Source: an uncultured virus (IMG/VR IMGVR_UViG_3300003690_000005) (taxonomy: Duplodnaviria; Heunggongvirae; Uroviricota; Caudoviricetes). From it: DNA of 64,000 nucleotides. Positions 9,859 through 19,067 of the stretch are shown piece after piece. Under the pieces are notes generated by a model. It was not told where the DNA came from. It saw nothing but the letters and a program-made list of their open reading frames with translations, and did not search any database. Within the stretch, counting starts at the first letter, position 1. Each line of letters begins with the position of its first letter. Made by a program: the position numbers and the translations under genes. Where the stretch lies: the IMG/VR virus record IMGVR_UViG_3300003690_000005; one strand, written 5' to 3'.

Positions 9859-10158
9859 ATGAACCGAGTCACACAAGCAATCGAAAAGATGCGAAAGCAA
9901 GTCACAGACCGAATCACATCAGGCAAGACAACGCAAAAACAAGTTGACGTGACGCATAAGTTGCTGGACATGAGTTTCGATGAGTATGCCATCTTTCAAA
10001 ATCATAAGTCAGCGGCTGCGATAAGCGGTAAACTTACACTTGACGAGGCACAGACGATCTATGCAGTGTTGGGTGAGGCAGGACCGGATCGATTTAATCG
10101 ATCAGATGTTGCAACCAAGTCTGTGCTTACGCAAGTCTTTGCAGAATTGATTAAGTGA
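9859..10158 (+). CDS. Hypothetical early protein (start MNRVTQ)
   Basis: Unit at 9800, with a GTGGC..GCCAC leader hairpin. Confidence 0.7.
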   Translation: MNRVTQAIEKMRKQVTDRITSGKTTQKQVDVTHKLLDMSFDEYAIFQNHKSAAAISGKLTLDEAQTIYAVLGEAGPDRFNRSDVATKSVLTQVFAELIK

Positions 10159-10213
10159 GCATTGTGTGGTTCGCACCGTCGCACCTTAACGGGTGCGACG
10201 GTGTTTTCTCCAG
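10157..10213 (+). terminator. Terminator hairpin fused to promoter, copy 2
   Basis: Identical to 9111..9167. Confidence 0.8.
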
Positions 10214-10253
10214 ACTTTTATTATTCGCAGATAAAAGTGAAAGGACTACAAAA

Positions 10254-10448
10254 ATGGCACGTCAAACCAGAGCACAACTCGACGAACAAGTAGCAAAAGA
10301 AATAGCGGCACTACAACCAGCAGATTCGCCATTCGATGTAGAAAATACTCATAGGGCAGCAGACTATAAGTTGCGTGTATTGCTTAGAAAATTGAATTGC
10401 CCAAAGACAGCAAAGGCTTTTGAAAAGTTGGATTTATGGTACGCATAA
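10254..10448 (+). CDS. Hypothetical early protein (start MARQTR)
   Basis: Unit at 10208. Confidence 0.7.
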   Translation: MARQTRAQLDEQVAKEIAALQPADSPFDVENTHRAADYKLRVLLRKLNCPKTAKAFEKLDLWYA

Positions 10449-10514
10449 TTCTCCAGCCTTTTATTATTCGTGGATAAAAGTGGCAACAACGCCAAAAACC
10501 ACAGGACCACAAAA

Positions 10515-10766
10515 ATGGACAATTCGCCACGATTTAATGATGTCATGGAAATAGCAGCAAAGTTTGATACTCATGCCGCAAAAACGGATTGCGGACATAC
10601 GATCAACAAAGGTGATCGTATCGGATATTGTCGCAAGGGTACAATCTCGCATGTATGGTGTGCCGATTGCTGGCGCAAATGGTGTGTCGAGAATGCCGAA
10701 GCGGATGTCTACGAGCAAAGTCTAGGACCAGACTTTGCGCCCGATAATCCAAATGATGTTTGGTAA
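10515..10766 (+). CDS. Small Cys-containing hypothetical protein
   Basis: Unit at 10451; CGH..CxxC. Confidence 0.7.
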   Translation: MDNSPRFNDVMEIAAKFDTHAAKTDCGHTINKGDRIGYCRKGTISHVWCADCWRKWCVENAEADVYEQSLGPDFAPDNPNDVW

Positions 10767-10838
10767 ATGCAACTCCAGCCTTTTATTATTTCTGCAATAG
10801 GGTGTAAGAACCACAACCCCCTAACAGGAGCCGCAACA

Positions 10839-11246
10839 ATGGAACCTATCCAAGCCCTAGCATTTAGCAAGTTTAGCCTGGGGAAAGCAAGAGACGCAGT
10901 TGGACCTGGCGAGTATGATGTCAATGTGCTTGTCAGGGTCAAGGGTAGCGTCAAGGTGGGCAATGATTATGGCCAGCGTATGGTGGCTACTGCTAACCCT
11001 TGGAAGTTGTTAGGGGTAGCGCTAAGCAAGTTGAACGGCGTATCGGTTGATAGTATCGTCCGCGAAGCGGAAGCGAACGGGCTTAACGACGAAGCTATCA
11101 AGGCACAAGCTGCCGTGGCCATTGCTGCCGTCAAGGGTCCGACCGAGAAAACGTGCAAGGGTAAAGTGACAGCGAAACTGACGTTTGAAGTGCCTTCCGT
11201 TAACATTGTCGATGCTGGCGTTGAGGTGGTGAGCAGCGCAGCGTAA
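10839..11246 (+). CDS. Hypothetical early protein (start MEPIQA)
   Basis: Unit at 10773; AGGAG SD. Confidence 0.75.
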   Translation: MEPIQALAFSKFSLGKARDAVGPGEYDVNVLVRVKGSVKVGNDYGQRMVATANPWKLLGVALSKLNGVSVDSIVREAEANGLNDEAIKAQAAVAIAAVKGPTEKTCKGKVTAKLTFEVPSVNIVDAGVEVVSSAA

Positions 11247-11257
11247 ACACTTTACTC

Positions 11258-11295
11258 TACTCGCCGCCGCCAAAAGGCGGCGGCGAGTATTTTTA
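11258..11295 (+). terminator. Rho-independent terminator
   Basis: TACTCGCCGCCGCC-AAAA-GGCGGCGGCGAGTA-TTTTT. Confidence 0.85.
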
Positions 11296-11357
11296 TTACT
11301 CCAGCCTTTTATTATTTCAACAATAAAGTGGCAATAACGCCACGAAAGACACACACA

Positions 11358-11627
11358 ATGAACAACACTACCATCACCACTAGAAAACAAATCGACGGCA
11401 TTTGGCATACCATATGCATCGACGACGCCGACCTCGAAGCGTACAGTCTGCAAGCGGTACGGGCAGCGTCGAGGCGAAGCATCGGCATATCAGCCGCGCC
11501 GATAGACAGTGTGCCAATGGGCAAGCGAACACAGAACTGCCGGGCACATTGGGCGCGTGGCGCGAAACCGGCCAGCAAGAATATCAAGCAAGCAGCCGCA
11601 GAGCGGATGCTGGGGGCAGAAGCATAG
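11358..11627 (+). CDS. Hypothetical early protein (start MNNTTI)
   Basis: Unit at 11299; leader nearly identical to that of 9859. Confidence 0.6.
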   Translation: MNNTTITTRKQIDGIWHTICIDDADLEAYSLQAVRAASRRSIGISAAPIDSVPMGKRTQNCRAHWARGAKPASKNIKQAAAERMLGAEA

Positions 11628-11639
11628 CAGAGCGCTCGG

Positions 11640-11687
11640 TAATCGCGGCGGCGGCTGGTCCCCGCTGCCGCGATTATCTTTTATTTT
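11640..11687 (+). terminator. Rho-independent terminator
   Basis: TAATCGCGGCGGCGG...CCGCTGCCGCGATTA followed by a T-rich tail. Confidence 0.75.
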
Positions 11688-11735
11688 CTCTCCAGCAAAT
11701 AAATAAATGTAGAATACATCAACAGGAGTCAACCA

Positions 11736-11918
11736 ATGAAATACAAAAAAAACAACAGGTGGTATGATAAAAAAGACGGAACCAGGCTGACCGACTGTTG
11801 TGGAGCTTATGCCACTCATGTCGATGCTCAGCTATGTTGTAAGCGATGTTATAAAGTTGTCGAGAGCGGGCAAGGAGATGGAAACAGACATTACAAAATG
11901 TCTCCAGATAATAAATAA
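11736..11918 (+). CDS. Small Cys-rich protein
   Basis: Variant unit at 11690; AGGAG SD. Confidence 0.6.
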   Translation: MKYKKNNRWYDKKDGTRLTDCCGAYATHVDAQLCCKRCYKVVESGQGDGNRHYKMSPDNK

Positions 11919-12412
11919 ATGTAGAATAAAATATAATGAGGAGCAATAAAATGTTTCATCACGATAGAAAGATTCGTCCGCGTCCAAGGTGAACCGTAGG
12001 GGTCAGCCTATCTGCCGTACTGCAAATGCCATGCCAAAGATACTGCCGCCTGTGGTATGCCGTTTGCTGTCAAGGTCCAGATAATTATTGTCTGGAGAAA
12101 AAAGTTTCTTAAAAAAAAAATAATGTGCTGAAAAAAACGTACATTGCATACCCCTAGGTATGGGTCAAGACTATTATACTCTTTCATTCTCACAGGGGAT
12201 ACCTTAATTTTCCCATCTATTTTACAAAATATTTTTTTGCTAAACTTTTTTAATTTTTAAGAATCATGTAAAGGAATCGCCAAATGTGATATTCTTTGTG
12301 CCTAACCTACCCCCCCCCCATCGAGCTTTCAAGGGACTCCTATCCTCAATAAAGGATACCTTACGATTCTAAAAATTTTACAAAAAATATTTTCTATAAA
12401 CTTTTTTAGTTT

Positions 12413-12595
12413 TCAATCTTTATAAGGGTCAATTTCGGAACCTTTTGCCACAACACCACCGACAGGGATAGAATACCCAAGATGATGATCTGCCATCAGG
12501 AGTGCTTGATCACATTCACTTCTACAGTTAGTAATTTGTTCGAGGGCATTTTCTTGCACATCACCGAACACGATAACATCATTAATAATTTTCAT
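12413..12595 (-). pseudogene. rtcB: Truncated RtcB-family RNA ligase (N-terminal 60 aa)
   Basis: LMADHHLGYSIPVGGVVA matches the RtcB MPDxHxGYxxPIGGV motif; minus-strand CTCCAG at 12629-12624; stops early. Confidence 0.7.
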
Positions 12596-12752
12596 AATAA
12601 TATATACTAAAGATTATTAAATACTGGAGAATTGACTACAAACAAGAGACAAATTCATCTTTTGATGTTAAAAATTAAACTCCAGAAGTTTTTATCATAA
12701 TTTAATCTTCTTATTAACGCAACGTTTCACAACCATTTTTAGGAGACATCGA

Positions 12753-13325
12753 ATGTTAAAATCAGTTGAATTATTAGAGCAAATTGCGAAGGAGGCATCT
12801 CGACAAAGAAAAACTGCCGTAAAGTTCATTCACGAACGGCAGTACGGTCAAGCGGCAGTTATTCTCAACGATCTTGAGAGCATGAACGAGATGATGAAAA
12901 GCGTGTTACAGAAGCAGGAGAAGTCAGAAGCAGCGACAAAGCCAAGGCGTAGGAGAAGAGGCATAGTCGTTGCATCTTCAAATCTCACTTCTATAAAGAG
13001 TATCTGTTCAGCGATTTTGAGTGTTCTTAACAGGCATGGGTGCGGATTATCTCCTAAAGACATTTCTGCTCAGGTCCAGGAAGATTTAAAAGACATTTTA
13101 ACAGTAGAAGATTTAGCTCGTTACGGCAAGAGCAGATGTCGTTTAACTGCTAGGATTTACTCAAGCAGGGTAGATTTGCTACACAAGGGTTTCATTACTG
13201 TAAACGGAGCACCTGGATTATCATCTTTATGGGAGATCACAGCAGACGGTAAGGTTCAGGCAGAGAAAGAAGCACGTGAGCAGCAAGAGGCAGAAGTTAA
13301 TTTAGCAATTGAGAATATTGTATAA
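12753..13325 (+). CDS. Mrr N-terminal-like winged-helix protein
   Basis: ILSVL..G.LSPKDI...RIYSSRVDLLHKGFI...LWEITADGK. Confidence 0.6.
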   Translation: MLKSVELLEQIAKEASRQRKTAVKFIHERQYGQAAVILNDLESMNEMMKSVLQKQEKSEAATKPRRRRRGIVVASSNLTSIKSICSAILSVLNRHGCGLSPKDISAQVQEDLKDILTVEDLARYGKSRCRLTARIYSSRVDLLHKGFITVNGAPGLSSLWEITADGKVQAEKEAREQQEAEVNLAIENIV

Positions 13326-13330
13326 CAACT

Positions 13331-13381
13331 AAGCCCTTGGGAAATACACATCGTGGCTACACGGTTCCCAAGGGCTTTTTT
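13331..13381 (+). terminator. Rho-independent terminator
   Basis: AAGCCCTTGGGAA...TTCCCAAGGGCTT followed by a T run. Confidence 0.75.
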
Positions 13382-13529
13382 AGATAAATAGAGCATAATT
13401 TTATTTTTTCGCGGCGAAAAAGTTAGTTAACTCCAGAAGGACAGACATAAAGTTATAATAAGTGCAGGGTTCGCCCCGGCAAGATTGAAAAGTTTTGCTT
13501 GGGGTTTTAAAAGGTCAAGGGTTTAGACT

Positions 13530-13994
13530 ATGTGTATTGATGCACCAAAAGTACAAACTGCCAAGCGCAACATTCCTGTATACAAGGTTGTGATTAAAGG
13601 CAAAAGATCTGGGCTATATAACATATGGTATTCTTTTAACGGATTAAGCAAAGCAGAGGAAAACGACTACGCCTTGATTAGTCAAATTCATCATTATAAA
13701 GCACGGGGATTTGACTCACCAGGGTATGGTTACAGTTGTTTTGATAATATCGCAGAAGCAAAAAAATATCAGCAATCGGCGAAATTGGCGGGCACAGGGA
13801 GATACGAATTTAATTATTTAGATAAAACATGGTATCCTCTGCGTACATCTATATGTAAACTATTGATTCCCATTGGCACACGTTACGCGGCAGGAAAGAT
13901 TGCCCAGTCATTCGTTGGAGAGGGATTAAGAGCAATTAGGGCAGAACGATTAGTACCATTAGCAGAAGACAAACAGCCCAAACGGTCGCCTTAG
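13530..13994 (+). CDS. Hypothetical protein
   Basis: 154-aa ORF followed by a hairpin at about 13988-14032. Confidence 0.7.
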   Translation: MCIDAPKVQTAKRNIPVYKVVIKGKRSGLYNIWYSFNGLSKAEENDYALISQIHHYKARGFDSPGYGYSCFDNIAEAKKYQQSAKLAGTGRYEFNYLDKTWYPLRTSICKLLIPIGTRYAAGKIAQSFVGEGLRAIRAERLVPLAEDKQPKRSP

Positions 13995-14295
13995 ACACAG
14001 CAGGCTTGTCGCTTGCTGTGTCTGGGCGTTTTAAAAAATGATAGTAGAAAATTCGGGATGAAGTTTTTAGGTTATAAGATATTACCTACTCCCGCTCTAG
14101 ATATATAGATTGATACGTCACTATATATCTAGAGCCTTTTTACAAATGAAAACTTTAATTCAAATTTTAGAAGCAATAGATAGTTTTTGGGACAAACATG
14201 CAGCTTTATTTTGCATCATTGTTTTAATTATAGTTGCAGGTTCTCTTCTTGTTATTTGTAGACTTATTCCTTGTATTGCATAGGAGCAACTTACG

Positions 14296-14730
14296 ATGGA
14301 CACAAAAGAGCAAATTCACCGTACTAGATTATTCCACCATAAATCAAGAATAACGATAATGTCTATTACATGTGTTCTGTGTATTTTGATTGGCGGTTGT
14401 ACTATTGTTCACAGAGACTACCGCATACAATCAGGACCACAGAAGATTGAATTCGTATTAGCATACATAGATGGTTCTAATGAATGGTCATTTCTCAGTA
14501 AAATTACACCTGAAGGGCATTACGACTTTACTTACGTAAGTTTTGGATCATTTAAAAACCGCAATGGGAGAGTTGCAGCTAAGGAAAAAGATATTTGCAT
14601 TGATGTAGAATCACCATCTATTAATATCATATGTGATGTAAAAGGGATAGAACCAAATTGGTGTTTAGTTGACAGGAACGGACATTTGGATATTCATTTA
14701 CATTCTTTTGATGAATTAATTGTAAGGTGA
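14296..14730 (+). CDS. Putative lipoprotein/membrane protein
   Basis: Hydrophobic stretch ending LIGGC; SD present. Confidence 0.55.
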   Translation: MDTKEQIHRTRLFHHKSRITIMSITCVLCILIGGCTIVHRDYRIQSGPQKIEFVLAYIDGSNEWSFLSKITPEGHYDFTYVSFGSFKNRNGRVAAKEKDICIDVESPSINIICDVKGIEPNWCLVDRNGHLDIHLHSFDELIVR

Positions 14731-14736
14731 AACGAC

Positions 14737-14940
14737 ATGAATACACGGATGAATGTGCAGTTCAGTAACAAACAGTGGAAAGCTATCGAAGAACTTGCAG
14801 AGGGTCTTGACTCGACGAAAGCTGATGTGTTTAAGACAGCATTAGCACTCCTGTCGGTCGCTTTGCGCGAGAAACGTGCCGGGTATGAAATAGGTGTGAT
14901 CAAAGACAACAAAATTGTGAAGAAGATCATCGGCATTTAA
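14737..14940 (+). CDS. Ribbon-helix-helix (CopG-like) regulator
   Basis: RMNVQF...IEELA....TKADVFKTAL. Confidence 0.6.
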   Translation: MNTRMNVQFSNKQWKAIEELAEGLDSTKADVFKTALALLSVALREKRAGYEIGVIKDNKIVKKIIGI

Positions 14941-14991
14941 TGAACATAGTTTGTTGAAGGAATCTTTATAATTAATTAAGAAAATAAAACT

Positions 14992-15249
14992 ATGAAAACT
15001 ATCAAAACTGCTCAATATGAAATAAATAAAGATAAGATAATGCTTTTAACTTTAGAAGAAATCAAAGCAAAACATAAATCTGTATTTGATTCTGTATTAT
15101 CAGGCGATTCAGACATTACTGATCATGCTGAATTAATGAACGATTTATATGATCATTATGTATATGAGATGCCATATGGGACAGCAAAAGCCAGAACTGG
15201 TGATCCAACAGAATGGATATTAGAAAGGTTACAAAAAGATGTGCATTAA
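14992..15249 (+). CDS. Hypothetical protein with an N-terminal KTAQ motif
   Basis: MKTIKTAQ; AAGG-N31-ATG upstream. Confidence 0.7.
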   Translation: MKTIKTAQYEINKDKIMLLTLEEIKAKHKSVFDSVLSGDSDITDHAELMNDLYDHYVYEMPYGTAKARTGDPTEWILERLQKDVH

Positions 15250-15615
15250 CGCGGAGGAAAACTAAAATTGAAAAACTTCTCCAGTAGTATTAGAGCATAG
15301 TTTATAAAGATACTCTTAGACGAGGCAAGCCCTTGGGTGGGCTGGCGACTGCCAGTCCACCTAGGGGTTTTTAAGACAAAGGACATATTATTTCGATATT
15401 TAATTAACAAGACAAAGGAGAGAAAGTGAAAAAATTATTTTAGGTATTGTCTTTCTTGCGGCAATTTTAATATTTACAGGATGCAGGACTTACAATTTTG
15501 AATTACAGGATCCAGACACAGGCAAGACGATCCGTTTTTCAATGCAACACAGTTTGTCTAATACTTCATTAGGCAGCTTCTAAAGTTGCTACTCCAGTTC
15601 CATGAAAGACATATA

Positions 15616-16419
15616 ATGATAAACTGGGATTTCATGTTTATCCCAAATGCGAACAAAGAAGCACATCTTGGGCATTTGTGGATATGTATGCATACTTTAG
15701 GTTTGTTTCATCATATAAAATACTTGTTAACTGTCAAATATCCTGGTCATTTCAATGTTAGAGCAGGTATTTTGTTTGAAGGTCACGCGGACGAAGAATA
15801 TAAAAGTTCATATATAGACATGTTTAAGTGGTTAGGGCATGAACCAGATTTTATAGATCAGGTATCTACATCTAGTGTAAACAGGCTTGAAAACATTTAT
15901 TTTGGTCATCCTGCACCAGACTTAGATGGTTTCCGCAAATTAATTTATATGCAATCTGTGCCATGGCTTGTAAGAGGATGCGATTTACAAAGCGACAGAA
16001 CATACATTCCCCAAGAGAAAACAATTGCTCGTGCTTTTGGTTTCAGGTTACCACAGATGCTTGTTGTACCTATGTTATGCAAATCAGCAGACAGCTACGC
16101 TGAAGCGGTTACAATTGGTGTTGGCGACGTGCATAGAAACCATCTTGTTTCAACCTATGCTTTTGAGGATATAGATACATTTTTAGGGAAGTTTGCGACT
16201 ACTTTATTAAAAGCCTTAAAAATAAGAGATTACCTAACCGAGCCACTTGGCATCGTTGATCTTGAAGCTTGTAAAACATTCAAAACAGAGTATGACGCAA
16301 AAGCAGAGGACATAAGATTTGACAAATGGAGATTCAGGTTTTGGACTTATGCACATATTCATACTTTTTGCGTTAGTGCTCACAAAATTATTTTAGACGA
16401 GAACTGGTATTCTGCATAA
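15616..16419 (+). CDS. Class I aminoacyl-tRNA-synthetase-like (GluRS/GluQ-like HIGH nucleotidyltransferase), paralog 1
   Basis: PNANKEAHLGH (HIGH-like); WLVRGCDL resembles GluRS HVIRGxD. Confidence 0.5.
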   Translation: MINWDFMFIPNANKEAHLGHLWICMHTLGLFHHIKYLLTVKYPGHFNVRAGILFEGHADEEYKSSYIDMFKWLGHEPDFIDQVSTSSVNRLENIYFGHPAPDLDGFRKLIYMQSVPWLVRGCDLQSDRTYIPQEKTIARAFGFRLPQMLVVPMLCKSADSYAEAVTIGVGDVHRNHLVSTYAFEDIDTFLGKFATTLLKALKIRDYLTEPLGIVDLEACKTFKTEYDAKAEDIRFDKWRFRFWTYAHIHTFCVSAHKIILDENWYSA

Positions 16420-16430
16420 AGGATGCAAAA

Positions 16431-17243
16431 ATGATAAACTGGGATTTTATGTTTATCCCAAACGCAAATAAAGAAGCACACTTAGGACATTTATGGGTGT
16501 GCATGCATACACTTGGTTTTTACCATTATATTAAACACAACGTATCTTGCAAGTGTCCGGGACATTTTAATGTAAGAATGGGTATTTTATTTGAAGAGAA
16601 AGCAGAAGATACATATAAGGAATCATATACTAAGATGATGGAATGGCTTTGGCATTCACCAGATTTTGTGATTCAGGTGCCTGATAATAACTTCGTAGAA
16701 AATCTTTATTCTGATAATATAAACGGGAATTTATATGGTTTCCGTAAACTAATATATTTACAATCTGTCCCGTGGCTTATTAGAGGACATGATATCAATA
16801 CTGATCCTGCTTTTAATCAGCAAGAACGACTTGTTGCCAGTTTCTTGGGACTCAGAATACCTCAAATTTTTCAAGTTCCTATGTTATCTCACAAACAAGG
16901 AGATAAAGAAGTTATTATAGGACGTATAGATGTGCCTAAAGAGTATCTGGTATCAACTTACCTTTCTGAAGATGTTGATACTTTCTTGACTAAATTCATA
17001 GCCAAAACATTAAAAGATTTAGGAATAGAAGATATTGTTTTTAATTTAGAATCAAAAGGAGTAGATACAGTAGACCGGAGACGGAACTTAGATGATAATT
17101 TTAATAAAGCAGATTTAAAGTATGACGAATGGCGTTTCAGATTTTGGGCAAGAAAACAATCTACAGTATCTATTGCTGATCATAGCCATACATTCTGTAG
17201 TCGTAAAGAATCAATTGTATTAGAAGAAAACTGGTATGATTAA
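16431..17243 (+). CDS. Class I aaRS-like protein, paralog 2
   Basis: Near-identical N-terminus to paralog 1; WLIRGHDI. Confidence 0.5.
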   Translation: MINWDFMFIPNANKEAHLGHLWVCMHTLGFYHYIKHNVSCKCPGHFNVRMGILFEEKAEDTYKESYTKMMEWLWHSPDFVIQVPDNNFVENLYSDNINGNLYGFRKLIYLQSVPWLIRGHDINTDPAFNQQERLVASFLGLRIPQIFQVPMLSHKQGDKEVIIGRIDVPKEYLVSTYLSEDVDTFLTKFIAKTLKDLGIEDIVFNLESKGVDTVDRRRNLDDNFNKADLKYDEWRFRFWARKQSTVSIADHSHTFCSRKESIVLEENWYD

Positions 17244-17881
17244 TTTGGTATTGCTGCTTTAGTTTTAAATATTTGCAAAGCATAGTCTATTTTTTCCCAG
17301 TATTTTAAAAACTTTCTTTTTGCTTTTTTGTGGGAAAAAGGTACGATATGAAAATTTGCAGGTTTGGCGTTAACCAATAACCATTTATGTTCAGACGGCA
17401 CCATTAAATCTCTTTTTTCTGTGGCTAAAAGTATATCATCTGCGTCTTTAATGATTTGTATATGTTCTTTTTCACATAAACAGGGGACACCAAGAGCTTT
17501 CATAATCACTTTCATTAGATCGTCTTCTATCTCTGAAAAGCGGGGAAACATTTTTTTGACTGGTTTCGTAACGTCTGAAATCATTGCTTCGGCGCTGTCA
17601 TGGAGCAAACCCCATGCTTGAAGTACAATTGTGGCATCTATGTCATCAATCAATGGATAAAATTCGCCAACTCTTACCTGCGCAAGGTTTTTTACACAAT
17701 CACACACTCTCACGCTATGTTCAGCAACAGAATAAAAATCTGTACAATGCCCGTTGAAGCGACAATTCATACTTAAAGCATGGGCTATATCGAGAATGTC
17801 GATATCTTCTGGCTTAGGTTCTAGAAGAAAAAATTGTTTGCCAGTATAAGTTTGTATCCAACCTGTTTTTGCAGTATCCAC
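17240..17881 (-). CDS. HD-superfamily 5'-deoxynucleotidase (YfdR-like)
   Basis: WIQTYTGK..DIAHALS..CRFNGH..YSVAEHS..LLHDSAEA. Confidence 0.85.
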   Translation of the reverse strand: MDTAKTGWIQTYTGKQFFLLEPKPEDIDILDIAHALSMNCRFNGHCTDFYSVAEHSVRVCDCVKNLAQVRVGEFYPLIDDIDATIVLQAWGLLHDSAEAMISDVTKPVKKMFPRFSEIEDDLMKVIMKALGVPCLCEKEHIQIIKDADDILLATEKRDLMVPSEHKWLLVNAKPANFHIVPFSHKKAKRKFLKYWEKIDYALQIFKTKAAIPN

Positions 17882-17928
17882 CTATATATAATATCATTTT
17901 TTTAGCCACTTTTTCTCGATAAAAAGTT

Positions 17929-19032
17929 ATGATTTATGGAATGTGTAGAATTGGAGACATAGATAATAATTATAAACAGGTCTGTGAACAACTAGAGTAC
18001 ACTACAAATTTAGATGGAGTGGTAATCAATTTACATGAATATAAAATATCTGATAACTTAACACATGTTTGTAATTTTCTTAAAGAACGCAAAATAGATA
18101 TTATTATTGGCTTTAAAGCTACAAGTCATAAAAAATATAAAGAAGATTTTTCACATGCTGAAAAATTTATTGAGGAAATTAAAAAAATAACAAATAAAAT
18201 ATCTTTAGGTAATACAAGGCTCATAGAATGGGTTGGTAATCTAGGAACAACAAAAAGATATCATGAATTTGCTAAGAAGATGGACATTGAATGGATATGT
18301 TCTTTTATTCATAGGGCGTTAAGTCTTGATTGTAGGAATAAATGGTTGGTAAGAAATTATCTCGCAGAGCATAATATCCCAATATTTTGTTATTGTGGAT
18401 ATATATTAGCTGGTTACTTATGGGATGATCATTTGATACCAAGCTTATGGTACACAAGTCTTAGATATAAAAATCTATACAAAGAATTCAATTTGACAGT
18501 GGAAAAGCTGTCAAATTATTTAGAACCTTTAAATATTGTCTCAGGAGCAGGTGGACAAATAGGGATTGTTGCAGGATCTCTACCATATCTGAAACGTTTA
18601 AATTTTAAAGGTTTTATTAGTTCTGTGCCTTTTACTATTAAAGAATTAGATAATCCCAAAGTATATGAGCGGCATGCAGATGGAGTAAAAAGTTGTGGTC
18701 CACTGCCTGATGAAAATGAACGTTATGCATTTAAAAGACCTTCGCATGTTCAACTTAAAAATGAAATTTTGGAAATTTCATTAGAATCTTTTTTTAGGAA
18801 CGGTAGCTCTACAGATAATTTCATTGTTTTATTTACATTCAAGCCATATATGTGGAAAGAGGTATTTCACTCATTAAATTTCAGAGAGATACAAAAAGCA
18901 TTCGAGAAGTACAGAGAAGGATATGATATTATAGTTAATTGCAAAGATAGAAAAATAAGTTTACTGGATTTATGGCAATGTACTAATATTTATTCGTATC
19001 AATGGATGCCTGAGTATTTCGAAAGCTTATAA
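17929..19032 (+). CDS. Hypothetical protein, tandem paralog A
   Basis: Co-linear similarity with 19068..20180. Confidence 0.75.
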   Translation: MIYGMCRIGDIDNNYKQVCEQLEYTTNLDGVVINLHEYKISDNLTHVCNFLKERKIDIIIGFKATSHKKYKEDFSHAEKFIEEIKKITNKISLGNTRLIEWVGNLGTTKRYHEFAKKMDIEWICSFIHRALSLDCRNKWLVRNYLAEHNIPIFCYCGYILAGYLWDDHLIPSLWYTSLRYKNLYKEFNLTVEKLSNYLEPLNIVSGAGGQIGIVAGSLPYLKRLNFKGFISSVPFTIKELDNPKVYERHADGVKSCGPLPDENERYAFKRPSHVQLKNEILEISLESFFRNGSSTDNFIVLFTFKPYMWKEVFHSLNFREIQKAFEKYREGYDIIVNCKDRKISLLDLWQCTNIYSYQWMPEYFESL

Positions 19033-19067
19033 CGACGACAGATCAGTTTAAAGATTGGTAATTAAAA

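Larger units (their letters stand above)
235..11930 (+). promoter_or_regulatory. Dispersed array of about 29 conserved promoter/RBS units (CTCCAG-N16-(G/A)ATAA-...-AAGGA-...-ATG)
   Basis: CTCCAG at 235, 1438, 1915, 2829, 3009, 3477, 3990, 4455, 4692, 4970, 5330, 5803, 6121, 6625, 7206, 7440, 7689, 8245, 8489, 8760, 9162, 9463, 9800, 10208, 10451, 10773, 11299, 11690 and 11902. Most are followed by a TTTTATTTTC-like spacer, (G/A)ATAA, an SD and an ATG usually 44-47 nt after the C of CTCCAG. Confidence 0.85.

Noticed and set aside
1344..11627. Upstream ORF-track starts such as 1344, 2962, 6053, 7417, 9118 and 10155
   Set aside because: They read through the promoter unit; the downstream ATGs with SD at fixed spacing are the credible starts.
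235..11930. CTCCAG repeats as a CRISPR array or integron attC sites
   Set aside because: The spacers are whole genes of 200-1200 bp, the repeats are degenerate and non-palindromic, and they include SD and ATG; no cas or integrase is visible.
235..11930. CTCCAG as a Type IIS (BpmI/GsuI, CTGGAG) restriction-site pattern
   Set aside because: Fixed orientation and distance to start codons fit a promoter; the match is probably coincidental.
15616..17243. MINWDF starts and ENWY C-termini as MNWY leaders
   Set aside because: They lack the WYK/KxA pattern and occur only in one paralog pair; probably chance.
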